Source: an uncultured Candidatus Saccharibacteria bacterium
GTDB lineage: Bacteria > Patescibacteriota > Minisyncoccia > Phycocordibacterales > UBA9973
Direction: 5' to 3'
DNA length: 53,723 nt
Assembly (NCBI GenBank): GCA_964432275.1
Contig: CAYSMH010000004.1
Span: 1-53,723 of the forward strand
Below are positions 1-8,612 of this stretch, one piece after another (positions within the stretch are counted from its first letter, which is position 1; each line of letters opens with the position of its first letter). Position numbers and translations under genes: made by a program. The notes under the pieces are model-generated. The model saw only the letters and a list, made by a program, of their open reading frames with translations. It was not told the origin of the DNA and did no database searches.

Positions 1-37
1 CAAAAAACAAAATTAGTTTTGGTATCCTACCATCCAA

Positions 38-66
38 TCCCTTACGATTATCGTAAGGGATTTTTT
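38..66 (+). terminator. Rho-independent terminator-like hairpin
   Basis: 10-bp perfect stem TCCCTTACGA/TCGTAAGGGA, 3-nt loop, T6 tail. It overlaps the stop of minus-strand uppP. Confidence 0.55.
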
Positions 67-811
67 ATTGTAAGAATATAAGTACGAGAATACCGATAGT
101 GATCCGATACCACCCAAACCATGCGAGTGGTTTTTTTGTGAGCAATGCGAGGAACCATTTGATCGTCAGCAGTGCAGTGACAAATGCAACAAGTGTACCG
201 ACTCCGATCAGTGCCCATTGTGCAGGGAACAATCCTTCGATGTGAGTGAACTCCACAACACTTGCACCGAGTATGGTCGGGATCGCAAGCAAGAATGAAA
301 ACGTAACGATAGTTGCACGAGGGATCCGCATGAGTGTGCCACCGATGAGAGTCGCGCCGGCACGTGAGACTCCTGGGATGAAGCTTGCGATCTGTGCGAT
401 GCCGAGCCAGATGGCTTGTTTGTATGTGAGATCTGTTGCGGCGGTTTGCTCATCGACTGGTTTGATCAAAAGAAGTCCTATACCACCAATAACAAGTGCA
501 GTCCCAATAATAGCGACATTGTCAAAGATATTCTTTATAAGTGGATAGAGTGTCAGTCCTGCAATAGCAGTGGGAATAAAACCTACAATAATTTTAGGAA
601 TGAGTGCGGTGTGCTTCCAAATAAGTTGCCAGAAGTAGTAGATGACTGCAGCGATTGCACCGCTTTGGATACAGATTGAGAGTGCTTCGAGGAACTGATC
701 CTGTGGCATACCAAGTAGGTGGCCGGTCAGTAGTAAGTGTGCAGTTGAAGATACAGGAATAAACTCCGTCAGGCCTTCGACAATACCGAGAATAATCGTA
801 TGGATGAGCAT
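65..811 (-). CDS. uppP: Undecaprenyl-diphosphate phosphatase (BacA/UppP family)
   Basis: 248-aa polytopic membrane ORF with BacA-type motifs EFIPVSSTAHLLL (N-terminal) and IPGVSRAGATL (central). Confidence 0.88.
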   Translation of the reverse strand: MLIHTIILGIVEGLTEFIPVSSTAHLLLTGHLLGMPQDQFLEALSICIQSGAIAAVIYYFWQLIWKHTALIPKIIVGFIPTAIAGLTLYPLIKNIFDNVAIIGTALVIGGIGLLLIKPVDEQTAATDLTYKQAIWLGIAQIASFIPGVSRAGATLIGGTLMRIPRATIVTFSFLLAIPTILGASVVEFTHIEGLFPAQWALIGVGTLVAFVTALLTIKWFLALLTKKPLAWFGWYRITIGILVLIFLQ

Positions 812-1497
812 TAGGACAGTATACTGTATGCGCCAACAATAGCCGCAGTCTCTGTGCGCAGTATGGTGGTCCCAAGAGTTTGGAACTGTGCACTATGGGT
901 ATGCAATAGTGTAATATCCTCAGGACTCCAGCCGCCTTCTGGGCCGATGTACATGACTACATGGTCTGTGGGTTCGACTACACTTGTACTTTCTCGAGGA
1001 TCAAATACGATGCTTTGATACGGGAATGCAGTGAGGCACGTAGCAAGTGTCATTGGTTCGTGTATGTGCACGAGTGTGTTTTGCCCAGACTGTTCTGTTG
1101 CTTCACGACTAATTGTTTTAAGCCTCTCCATATTAATCGAGAGTTTGACGGTGCGATCGGCAAGTATCGGTACGATCTCTCGTACACCGAGCTCGGTGAG
1201 CTTCTGTACTACGAGCTCAAAGAGATCTCGTTTGATGATACTGACTGCGGCAATGAGTGTACGTGCGGGAGTTGGGAGAGCGGGTATCGTGCGCTGTTTT
1301 TCTACCACAACCTCCTTTTTACTGACTGCTACCACTCGCGCGACGATATCATCTCCACCTGGTGCAACTATGATGAGTTCATCTCCCGGACTATATCGTA
1401 GTACTGTGTGTAGTTGATGGACAAGCGTGGGCTCTGTAAGAGTGATCGCGTCTGTCTGGGGTACATCTGGTACGAAAAATCTATGCAATTTCTTCAT
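811..1497 (-). CDS. rsmE: 16S rRNA (uracil1498-N3)-methyltransferase RsmE
   Basis: 228 aa with an HRFFV start, PGDELIIV, and C-terminal IGPEGGWSPED and LGTTILRTETAAI. Its stop overlaps the uppP ATG (TAATG). Confidence 0.82.
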   Translation of the reverse strand: MKKLHRFFVPDVPQTDAITLTEPTLVHQLHTVLRYSPGDELIIVAPGGDDIVARVVAVSKKEVVVEKQRTIPALPTPARTLIAAVSIIKRDLFELVVQKLTELGVREIVPILADRTVKLSINMERLKTISREATEQSGQNTLVHIHEPMTLATCLTAFPYQSIVFDPRESTSVVEPTDHVVMYIGPEGGWSPEDITLLHTHSAQFQTLGTTILRTETAAIVGAYSILS

Positions 1498-1536
1498 ACG
1501 TACGATAGTAGCATACCCTGCTATACTATGTGCTAT

Positions 1537-2136
1537 ATGGATATCGACTATGCGTCACTCTCATCAGTACTTATATATCTCATTACATTTCTTATTATAT
1601 TTGCAGAGTCGGGAGTTTTTTTCTTATTCTTTTTGCCAGGAGATAGTCTACTGTTTGCACTTGGGCTTCTCGCGCACCAAGGCGTGATCAATGTGCGGTA
1701 CGTCATACCGTTGTTGGTAGTAGCGGCTATAGCAGGGAATTTCTTTGGATACTTTTTGGGGCGCATTACACGAGGAGGTATAGATCGTGGTAGATGGTTG
1801 CCTCGAGTCAAAGCAACACATTTAGAAAACGCGCGCATCTTTTACGAACGGCATGGTGTATGGGCACTGTTTTTTGCGCGGTTTGTGCCGGTTGTCCGAA
1901 CATTTGTACCATTTTTTGCAGGAGTCGCATCAATGCATACTCGACGATTTGCTATATGGACTATCATAGGGGGTATGGCATGGATTACAGCAGTAGTACT
2001 TGTAGGGTACTTGTTTGATCAACAGTTTCGTTTAGAAAATATTGCATTTCTGGGTACAGGAGTCATATTGGTTGCTGCGGTGGCAACGCCAGTGTGTATT
2101 GCACTAATCAATCGTTTCTTTAAGCGGCGCACTTAG
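1537..2136 (+). CDS. DedA family membrane protein
   Basis: FLPGDSLLF and FFARFVPVVRTFVPFFAG motifs and several TM helices. Start moved to ATG 1537 because the upstream part of the track ORF overlaps rsmE. Confidence 0.78.
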   Translation: MDIDYASLSSVLIYLITFLIIFAESGVFFLFFLPGDSLLFALGLLAHQGVINVRYVIPLLVVAAIAGNFFGYFLGRITRGGIDRGRWLPRVKATHLENARIFYERHGVWALFFARFVPVVRTFVPFFAGVASMHTRRFAIWTIIGGMAWITAVVLVGYLFDQQFRLENIAFLGTGVILVAAVATPVCIALINRFFKRRT

Positions 2137-3020
2137 TCAAATATTGTACCGAGGTACTCATCGATCTCGCGTTGATCAACATCATAGAGATATTTTTTAT
2201 TCGTGTGGAGCTCTGTTGCAAGAGCTACTCCAACGAAGCGCCAGTGCCACGGTTCATAGATATAGTATTTGTTGTTTTTGGGGTAAGAGAGTACAAACCC
2301 GTACTCATGTGCATGAGCCGTAAGCCATGCGTACTCCTTGGTCTTATCAAAGGACGTGTTGAGAGTGCGTGTACTTGCTGTTGTGAGATCTACTGTCGTG
2401 CCGAGTTGGTGTTCTGAATAGCCTTGATCTGCAGAGAACCTGTTGGCAGCTGTGGTGCCGTACATAACTTTGTAATTTGCTTTGAGAGACGCCTGAGTAT
2501 CAAATGATCGATACGCACTTGCAACCAATAGGTTGAGACCTTCATTTTTTGCAGCTTCAAGCATTGATTCAAGATACGGTGCTACGTTGCCATGAATCTG
2601 TAGTGTGCGACCCGCAGGGGTCACATAGTCTGGATCAATATCGGTAAGTGAGTTTGGAACGTAGTGTTCATTGAGGAAGTACACTTTTGAGTATTTTTTG
2701 ATAAGTTCAGGATCAAGTGACTGGATCTTTTCGAAATCATCAACTTTGTTTTCAAGTTGTTCTGCTTGTGCAGCGAGCTGGTCTGCTTGAGTTTGAGATT
2801 CGGCAAGTGCGGTCGTGATCTTGTCACGCTCGTATTCGGTGAGTGAAAGATTGTTTTGGAGTCCCTGTATACTATTGCGCAGACTGGTGACAGTGTTGGC
2901 AAGTTGTTGGTTTTCCTGTAGTAACGTACGGTATCGATAGATACCGTACGTGCTTGTACCGAGCACTATGACAATAGCACTGATCGATACAATGAGGGGG
3001 AGACGAGAGTGGTGGCGCAT
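2133..3020 (-). CDS. D-alanyl-D-alanine carboxypeptidase, VanY / peptidase M15B family, with TM anchor and coiled coil
   Basis: SAYRSFDTQ, SEHQLGTTVDL and EPWHWRFVG motifs. Start placed at MRHHSRLPLIV (ATG at 3020), just before the TM helix. Confidence 0.75.
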   Translation of the reverse strand: MRHHSRLPLIVSISAIVIVLGTSTYGIYRYRTLLQENQQLANTVTSLRNSIQGLQNNLSLTEYERDKITTALAESQTQADQLAAQAEQLENKVDDFEKIQSLDPELIKKYSKVYFLNEHYVPNSLTDIDPDYVTPAGRTLQIHGNVAPYLESMLEAAKNEGLNLLVASAYRSFDTQASLKANYKVMYGTTAANRFSADQGYSEHQLGTTVDLTTASTRTLNTSFDKTKEYAWLTAHAHEYGFVLSYPKNNKYYIYEPWHWRFVGVALATELHTNKKYLYDVDQREIDEYLGTIFD

Positions 3021-3285
3021 GATCTGTACAGTATAGCTTGCCTGTACGGGTCGGCAAACAATGCAAAAAGCCTCCTTGCGGAGACTATACATGCAGAAGG
3101 TTACTTCCAAACTACTTTCGTAAGGGGTGAGTACTCAACTTGCCCACAGTGAACACTACCTATAAAAGTGATGTTCGGTTGTAGTATCCTTGAGACTTCC
3201 CCTACATGAGTATGAGAGGGTACGACCCTATGGTAACTATAGCACACCAGGTATTGACCCTACCGGTAGGCAAACCCTCATATGT
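3021..3285 (-). promoter_or_regulatory. Candidate structured 5' leader / cis-regulatory RNA upstream of the VanY-like gene
   Basis: 366-nt gene-free gap with nested complementary segments. On the minus strand these are TATGAGGG..CCCTCTCATA, AGGGT-CGT-ACCCT, GTAGGGG..CCCCTTAC and GAACATCACT..AGTGTTC. The strand assignment is tentative. Confidence 0.3.
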
Positions 3286-3386
3286 GTGTCATAAAACAAT
3301 TTGTCTATCTTTTTGTCAACAGAGCAGGTATACTTTCCTTTCTAATTCAAAGAATTAGGAATTATCAATAATTCGAGAATATCATC

Positions 3387-3500
3387 ATGGACTCAGAAGA
3401 AATCAAGAAAAAAGAAGAAGAAATGGCTCAAGAAGGAGCTGAAGTAGTAACAGAAGAAGTTGCTTCTGAAGAGAAATCAGAAGAAGAAGCTCAAGCGTAA
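3387..3500 (+). CDS. Small acidic protein, 37 aa (MDSEEIKKKEEEMAQEGAEVVTEEVASEEKSEEEAQA)
   Basis: ATG..TAA ORF below the track cutoff, followed directly by a strong hairpin terminator. No recognisable family. Confidence 0.35.
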   Translation: MDSEEIKKKEEEMAQEGAEVVTEEVASEEKSEEEAQA

Positions 3501-3507
3501 CTAGTTC

Positions 3508-3539
3508 AAAAACCCCTACACACTGTGTAGGGGTTTTTA
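3508..3539. terminator. Bidirectional terminator hairpin
   Basis: CCCCTACAC..GTGTAGGGG stem flanked by an A-run and a T-run. It sits between the convergent small ORF and the gene at 3541-4119. Confidence 0.7.
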
Positions 3540-3540
3540 T

Positions 3541-4119
3541 TTACAATGTTTCGTGACAACACGTCGTTGCTCGGTTACGTTTGCGGTATTCCTCAATGAT
3601 ATGGTGAATGATGTCACCAATGAACAAGAATCCTGCCATATCTGCAACTTGTTCGATCCATCCAATTTCTTGAACGTTGCTTAGTAGGGTATCACCCATA
3701 TACATACCTAGTATCCATACCCCAGTGACAGCAACCGGAGTAATCAGTAGACGTGATGGTTTATGTGATACAAACGGTGTTAGCATACCCCAGAGTACAA
3801 TATAAAGCGCAGGCTGACGCGCAGCTTCATGAGAAAGCACGGCAACTGCACTACTCATAGAACTCATGCCCCCGATCGACGCCCCATCGATCATAGAGTG
3901 AAGAATGTTAAGGGTAATAAATAGGCCGATTGTTATCCAAAATCCACCGACTTTTTTATGGAGATGACATGTCCATGTACCAAATAAATATCCTGCACCA
4001 AGTGCAACAATAGCAAAGACAATGGTTGATGGATCTTCGTAGTGAAAGTGGGTACCGACGAGAACACTCGCCGCAATGAGAGCAATAATGTTTAGTGTAA
4101 GAGGAATGTGTTGTTTCAT
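3541..4119 (-). CDS. Integral membrane protein (about 6 TM), His/Cys-rich C-terminus, possible metal transporter
   Basis: 192-aa hydrophobic ORF ending in IIHHIIEEYRKRNRATTCCHETL. Family not recognised. Confidence 0.5.
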   Translation of the reverse strand: MKQHIPLTLNIIALIAASVLVGTHFHYEDPSTIVFAIVALGAGYLFGTWTCHLHKKVGGFWITIGLFITLNILHSMIDGASIGGMSSMSSAVAVLSHEAARQPALYIVLWGMLTPFVSHKPSRLLITPVAVTGVWILGMYMGDTLLSNVQEIGWIEQVADMAGFLFIGDIIHHIIEEYRKRNRATTCCHETL

Positions 4120-4177
4120 GATGTTTAGGTTGTCACTATCGACGATGTGTTGGTGTCCGGGTGTATACTAGAAGTAT

Positions 4178-4417
4178 ATGAGAAAAATAGCAATTGTAAC
4201 AAGTATCTTTTTGGTTTTAGTGGTCGGATGGTTTATACGTATGCCACGTAGCACTTCGTCTGTTGTAGATGATATATCAATGACAGATACTGTTGCACCA
4301 CAAGCGGTACCTACTACTGGTACTGATGGTTCAGGAGAATTTAACGATCAACATGGCGGAGACCGTCGCCCTGAACAAGAACTTGCCGCATTTTATATTG
4401 GTGTATTAAAGAAATAA
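4178..4417 (+). CDS. Membrane-anchored hypothetical protein
   Basis: 79 aa with an N-terminal TM helix (IAIVTSIFLVLVVGWFI). Confidence 0.45.
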   Translation: MRKIAIVTSIFLVLVVGWFIRMPRSTSSVVDDISMTDTVAPQAVPTTGTDGSGEFNDQHGGDRRPEQELAAFYIGVLKK

Positions 4418-4422
4418 TTACT

Positions 4423-4938
4423 ATGACTTACAACATTCATCCTATTTTTGTTCATTTTCCAATTGCATTTCTTGTCTTGTATTCAGTGATCAAAATACTT
4501 CCGTTTCAGAAATGGATTCCGTCGGTTTCATGGAAACAGGTAGAGCGAGTACTACTATTCTTTGGATTACTTGGTGCCATGGCATCTCTATGGACAGGGG
4601 AGACTGCTGAGCATTTGACTCGCGCATCACGTGATATTGTTGAGGCGCATGCACTCTTTGCTACGACTGCAACATGGATGTACGGGGCATTGTTGTTCGG
4701 AGAAGCCCTTGTTGTTGCTATTGCATGGCTTGCAGCACACGCACCATCAGTGCGCGTACCTCAAGTAGTTGTATTTTTCAGAGATCTTTTGACTCACCCC
4801 ATACTTGCATCTACACTTGCGATACTAGGTCTTGTCACGTTGACTATTACAGGACTACTCGGTGGGGTGATGGTCTATGGTACGAGTGCTGATCCGTTTG
4901 CAGCTGGTATGTTACGTCTGCTTGGGATTGAGTATTAG
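4423..4938 (+). CDS. DUF2231-like membrane protein
   Basis: N-terminal HPIFVHFPIAFLVLY signature and 4-5 TM helices. Confidence 0.6.
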   Translation: MTYNIHPIFVHFPIAFLVLYSVIKILPFQKWIPSVSWKQVERVLLFFGLLGAMASLWTGETAEHLTRASRDIVEAHALFATTATWMYGALLFGEALVVAIAWLAAHAPSVRVPQVVVFFRDLLTHPILASTLAILGLVTLTITGLLGGVMVYGTSADPFAAGMLRLLGIEY

Positions 4939-4967
4939 AGTAGTTTTTCGAGTGCTATACTATAGGT

Positions 4968-5354
4968 ATGAATACTAAACAAATTCTTTCTTGCGCTATC
5001 GCACTACTTGTAGGACTTGGTATTGGGCTTGCGGTAAGTCATCGAACTACGGATCAGACTTCTCGTGGTATGCACAAAATGCCAGATGGTACTATGATGC
5101 ACGATAGTATGGACATGGCATCTATGATGGCAGATATGAATGCAGCACTTGCTGGCAAATCAGGAGATGAGTTTGACCGAGCATTTCTCACTGAGATGAT
5201 CGTCCACCACGAAGGTGCGGTAGAGATGGCAGAACTTGCACTCACCAATGCAAAGCGTCAAGAAATCAAAGACCTCTCGCAAGCAATCATCTCTGCTCAA
5301 AACACTGAGATAACCCAAATGAAAAACTGGCTTACTAAGTGGTACGCTCGGTAA
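4968..5354 (+). CDS. DUF305 family (four-helix, metal-associated) secreted protein
   Basis: Signal or TM segment, a Met/His/Asp-rich stretch, then FDRAFLTEMIVHHEGAVEMAE...ISAQNTEITQMKNWL, typical of DUF305. Confidence 0.7.
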   Translation: MNTKQILSCAIALLVGLGIGLAVSHRTTDQTSRGMHKMPDGTMMHDSMDMASMMADMNAALAGKSGDEFDRAFLTEMIVHHEGAVEMAELALTNAKRQEIKDLSQAIISAQNTEITQMKNWLTKWYAR

Positions 5355-5370
5355 GTCTATTTTTGATACT

Positions 5371-5619
5371 ATGACAGCTACTATTGCCGGAGGTCTAGTA
5401 CACAGACTACCGAAGGATCTCAGAGATGCACTTGTGGCATCTGTGCCCGCGCTCTCTGTGTGGCAAGACATCACGGTGCTTGCTCGTAATGAATGGATCT
5501 GCTGGGTTATTTCGGTGAAAAAAGAACAAACTAGAGTCGAACATATACGTCGCGCGATAGAGAACCTCGCGCAAGGGAAACGACGACCGTGTTGTTGGGC
5601 CGGGTGTCCACATCGCTGA
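5371..5619 (+). CDS. YdeI/OmpD-associated family-like small protein
   Basis: LPKDLRDAL...WQDITVLARNEWICWV...KKEQTRVEHIRRAIENLAQGKRRPCCWAGCPH resembles the YdeI C-terminal domain. Confidence 0.5.
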   Translation: MTATIAGGLVHRLPKDLRDALVASVPALSVWQDITVLARNEWICWVISVKKEQTRVEHIRRAIENLAQGKRRPCCWAGCPHR

Positions 5620-5676
5620 TACTTGTAATAGGGTCTGTAGTATACTGTCCTGGTTAAAAGCTTAACTGTAACCTAT

Positions 5677-6027
5677 ATGACTACACAAGAAATAGCACAT
5701 CGTTTAGTAGAGCTCTGTCGAGCAAGCAACTTTGAGGGAGCATGGGACGAACTCTTTGCTCCTGGATGGACAACGTACGAGCTCGAGGAATGGGGAGGTG
5801 CAGTTCGTCACGGCAAAGAAGAAGCAAAAGCTGCATCTGATGAATGGCAAGCAGATATTGCAGAAATGCACGAAATGACAATCAGTGACCCTATCGTAGC
5901 TGATGACAGCTTCGCCTGTGTGATGACTATGGATATTACAAGCAAGACTCGAGGCCGTAACAAAGAGTCCGAAATCTGTGTCTACAAAGTCAAAGATGGC
6001 AAAATAGTCATCGAACGGTTTGTTTAA
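5677..6027 (+). CDS. SnoaL/NTF2-like fold protein
   Basis: 116 aa. N-terminal TTQEIAHRLVELCRASNFEGAWDELFAP and a C-terminal KDGKIVIERF beta-strand pattern. Confidence 0.45.
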   Translation: MTTQEIAHRLVELCRASNFEGAWDELFAPGWTTYELEEWGGAVRHGKEEAKAASDEWQADIAEMHEMTISDPIVADDSFACVMTMDITSKTRGRNKESEICVYKVKDGKIVIERFV

Positions 6028-6067
6028 AAAGTAGACTGTATCTTTGAATTACTCACAATAAATAGTT

Positions 6068-6514
6068 ATGGAAAAATTACACATTTCATTTCTGATAGAC
6101 GCACCCCGGGAAAAGGTATGGAGCACAATGCTCAATGAGGATACCTATCGTCAGTGGACAACAGCATTTCATCCAGGTTCATACTACAAAGGCACCTTGG
6201 CGCAAGGAGAGAAAATACTCTTTCTTGGTCCGAGTGAGGATGGAGAAGGTGGGATGGTAAGTCGCGTGGCTGACATTCGACCGTATGAATTTATTTCATT
6301 TGAACATCTCGGGATTGTGAAAAGCGGTGTTGAAGACACCGAGAGTGACGAGGCAAAGAAGTGGTCACCAGCATTTGAAAACTACACATTCAAAGATGTA
6401 GAAGGCGGCACCGAGCTTATTATCGATCAAGACATTGGCCCTGATGAAAAAGAGCAATTTCAAGAAATGTGGCAACGCGCACTCGCACTCTTGAAAGAAC
6501 TCGCTGAGAAATAA
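6068..6514 (+). CDS. SRPBCC / AHSA1-like domain protein
   Basis: The pattern HISFLIDAPREKVWSTMLNEDTYRQWT is typical of the Aha1/SRPBCC family. Confidence 0.62.
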   Translation: MEKLHISFLIDAPREKVWSTMLNEDTYRQWTTAFHPGSYYKGTLAQGEKILFLGPSEDGEGGMVSRVADIRPYEFISFEHLGIVKSGVEDTESDEAKKWSPAFENYTFKDVEGGTELIIDQDIGPDEKEQFQEMWQRALALLKELAEK

Positions 6515-6546
6515 AAGCGATTGGTGGATTTGGATATGCTAGTTTT

Positions 6547-6575
6547 TTGACATACGCTATAAAAAAATGTAGGGT
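6547..6575 (+). promoter_or_regulatory. Sigma70-type promoter
   Basis: TTGACA-N17-TAGGGT located 14 nt upstream of ATG 6589. Confidence 0.5.
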
Positions 6576-6588
6576 AAGAAAAAAACAT

Positions 6589-6918
6589 ATGCAAAACAAT
6601 ATCGAGTTTGTAACCGATAAAAATTGGACAGACTGCTTCAGGCTACAGTTCCCACCGTTGTTTGCCGAATATTCTATACTGCTTCGTAAGTTGAAAACTA
6701 TTAAAGGTATAAAGATTCAACAAAGATACATAGATGTATACCCTCCCTGTTTTTATCTTGAGGAAGGGGTAGTACCACAACAGATGTATACACCAGTAAC
6801 ACAAGCAATTAAAGAATGTTTCGGAGATAAGTACACAGTATCTCAAACTACCATTAGTGCTGAGGGATCGTGGTCTAGGTTTCGTAAAAAAATGAGAAAA
6901 AAAGGTTATGATTTTTAA
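6589..6918 (+). CDS. Hypothetical protein (109 aa)
   Basis: ATG preceded by a promoter-like element; the track start at 6547 is the TTG inside the -35 box. AT-rich, no family recognised. Confidence 0.5.
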   Translation: MQNNIEFVTDKNWTDCFRLQFPPLFAEYSILLRKLKTIKGIKIQQRYIDVYPPCFYLEEGVVPQQMYTPVTQAIKECFGDKYTVSQTTISAEGSWSRFRKKMRKKGYDF

Positions 6919-6934
6919 TATCATAACCTTTTTT
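6901..6934. terminator. Terminator hairpin
   Basis: 12-bp perfect stem AAAGGTTATGAT/ATCATAACCTTT, 7-nt loop, T-run. It overlaps the stop codon at 6916-6918. Confidence 0.7.
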
Positions 6935-6969
6935 AGTGCACTCGAATGTTAGAGGGTGGTTGAAATAAT

Positions 6970-7158
6970 TTAATTGATGAGATCGCTCGTAATCCACCCA
7001 AAGCAAAGATTGTTAGTTTTTAAGCCAATGCATGTATTGCGCAATTGAGCTGTAGGACTTGTTTTGTCATCAATATTACGAAACTCGGTTTCTCTGTATT
7101 GTTTAGGGAACAAGAAGAGTACTATACCAATAATAAGTATTATTTTTACTATTTTCAT
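6970..7158 (-). CDS. Small secreted/membrane peptide (62 aa, 2 Cys)
   Basis: N-terminal hydrophobic segment MKIVKIILIIGIVLFLF. Confidence 0.4.
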   Translation of the reverse strand: MKIVKIILIIGIVLFLFPKQYRETEFRNIDDKTSPTAQLRNTCIGLKTNNLCFGWITSDLIN

Positions 7159-7181
7159 ATATGGTATTTTATATCAAAAAA

Positions 7182-7209
7182 TTGTTTTAAAGAAGAAAAC
7201 ATTCGGAAT
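7182..7209 (+). repeat. Possible heavily decayed copy of the island motif
   Basis: TCAAAAAATTGTTTTAAAGAAGAAAACATTCGGAAT compared with TCAAAAAATGCTCCGAACATTAGAGGATGTTCGGAAT at 13450-13483. The right arm is conserved; the left arm is AT-degraded. Confidence 0.25.
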
Positions 7210-7255
7210 ATAATAAAGGCCTAACAAACTTGTTAAGCCTTATTTAAATTTAGAA

Positions 7256-7642
7256 TCAGCCACCACTCTCAGGGGTTAGTGCTTCATTAAAACGTTCAGC
7301 CATCAATATACCTTCTTCATTTTTAATGAAGAAAAAAACATTCTCATCAATATCTAACCAGCCAACAATACACCTCCGGTTGTTTCCATTGGATATATCT
7401 TGAAGACCGTGATACTCCCCGGAACCATCATAGTTATCATACTGTATCCAGGCTTCGATTTTTTGAACGTACCCAGAAAGCTTCTGTTGATTAATTATTA
7501 AAAGAAAATCAGTTCCACATATAGATTGCTCAACTAATGGCATAGAATTTTTATGATTTGCTATGTATGCAATTGATTTTGGAATTACACCGCACTCATA
7601 GTCCGTATTTCCCATGGAGTCAAAATTGGCAATTTTGAGCAA
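7256..7642 (-). CDS. Hypothetical protein; the frame stays open upstream to 7747 (see frameshift finding)
   Basis: 128-aa track ORF starting at TTG. A further 35 in-frame codons lie upstream without a start, and a nearby ATG (7746) is out of frame across an A7 run. Confidence 0.5.
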   Translation of the reverse strand: MLKIANFDSMGNTDYECGVIPKSIAYIANHKNSMPLVEQSICGTDFLLIINQQKLSGYVQKIEAWIQYDNYDGSGEYHGLQDISNGNNRRCIVGWLDIDENVFFFIKNEEGILMAERFNEALTPESGG

Positions 7643-7786
7643 TTCAGATATTACTTCTTTTGGGTATCCTTTGAATACTGCTATTCCACTAAAAGGACCA
7701 CTACAACCCGGTGGAGGTAGTAATCGCTGAAGTTTATTTTTTTCATGTTACTTGTTTTTAAGTTTTCTTCACCTTACAACTTAGGC

Positions 7787-7814
7787 TTGACTTTGTCAAA
7801 TAATGGAGTAGAGT
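7787..7814 (+). promoter_or_regulatory. Sigma70-type promoter
   Basis: TTGACT-N16-TAGAGT followed by GTAAACAA. The same module occurs at 10468-10495. Confidence 0.55.
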
Positions 7815-7836
7815 AGGGTAAACAAAAATCTTAACA

Positions 7837-8430
7837 ATGAAAAAAAACATCGCTACGAAAATCGAGTTTCTTCACAAGGATTATGTACCTGAAGGTGTGT
7901 ACTGTATTGATCCCATCGCTCGTAAAAATAGAGTGGAATGTTTAAAGCAATACCATATTGAAAAAAATGTTTTACATAAAATTTTACCACTTATAACAGA
8001 TGAGCCAACTGAAGAAGAAATAATCCGCCAGGATGAAGTTCAGTGTGGTACGAGCTTTTGGGCACATCGTGCTGACCCTTCCAAAGGGGAATACGTGTCT
8101 TCTGTTGGGTATAGTAGTAATACAAAAAGCGATAAGGAAATAATGGAACAGCTCGCTATTTCTACAGTTACCCCCAATGTAGTTGCCGAAAGAATTTTGC
8201 AGATACTTGAACATCAACCAGATGGCATGCAAGGTATCATTAGTAATAAAAATGTAACTATTGTCGGGTATGTGGAAATAGAGGAACATGAAGAAAGAGT
8301 CATATACCCAGTGGTGATAGGGTATATGCCGCAATACAAAAAATGGGGCATAGATGCTCAGATAGGTGTTCCGTGGTGTAATGGCTTACGTATCATTAGC
8401 AAGAACCAGTCCGCCGTTGTTACTGGTTAG
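7837..8430 (+). CDS. Hypothetical protein (197 aa)
   Basis: Long AT-rich ORF with its own promoter; no family recognised. Confidence 0.6.
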   Translation: MKKNIATKIEFLHKDYVPEGVYCIDPIARKNRVECLKQYHIEKNVLHKILPLITDEPTEEEIIRQDEVQCGTSFWAHRADPSKGEYVSSVGYSSNTKSDKEIMEQLAISTVTPNVVAERILQILEHQPDGMQGIISNKNVTIVGYVEIEEHEERVIYPVVIGYMPQYKKWGIDAQIGVPWCNGLRIISKNQSAVVTG

Positions 8431-8496
8431 CTTAATTTCATTTTATTTTTTTTAAACCATTTTATTCGATAAGATAAAATGGTTTTTTATTTTTTT

Positions 8497-8524
8497 ATTC
8501 CGAACATTAAAGGATGTTCGGAAT
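8497..8524 (+). repeat. Island att-like motif, perfect palindromic copy
   Basis: ATTCCGAACAT-TAAAGG-ATGTTCGGAAT, with 11-bp perfect arms. Confidence 0.9.
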
Positions 8525-8542
8525 GCAATTAGCTTGATTCAC

Positions 8543-8559
8543 TAGGGAGGATGTTCGAA
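8543..8559 (+). repeat. Island motif, right half-site only
   Basis: TAGGGAGGATGTTCGAA. Confidence 0.6.
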
Positions 8560-8612
8560 ATTGTTTCAAATAAAAAAACCGCACATAGGCGGCTTTTTTG
8601 TACGTTGAGTGC

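Noticed and set aside
7787-7801. TTGAC-TTT-GTCAA palindrome as a dedicated operator site
   Set aside because: TTGACTTT appears to be the general extended -35 of this genome. It is also seen at 10468, 19474, 24173, 40539, 41099 and on the minus strand at 15216, so the palindrome may be incidental. The longer 55-nt similarity is reported separately.
8497-8524. The motif as a genuine tRNA 3' half (pseudo-tRNA)
   Set aside because: Read in tRNA sense (TTCGAACATCCTCTAACGTTCGGAGCA), it cannot form a T-arm plus a 7-bp acceptor of the correct length. No conserved T-stem 5' strand follows. Only TTCGAA and GGAGCA resemble a tRNA end.
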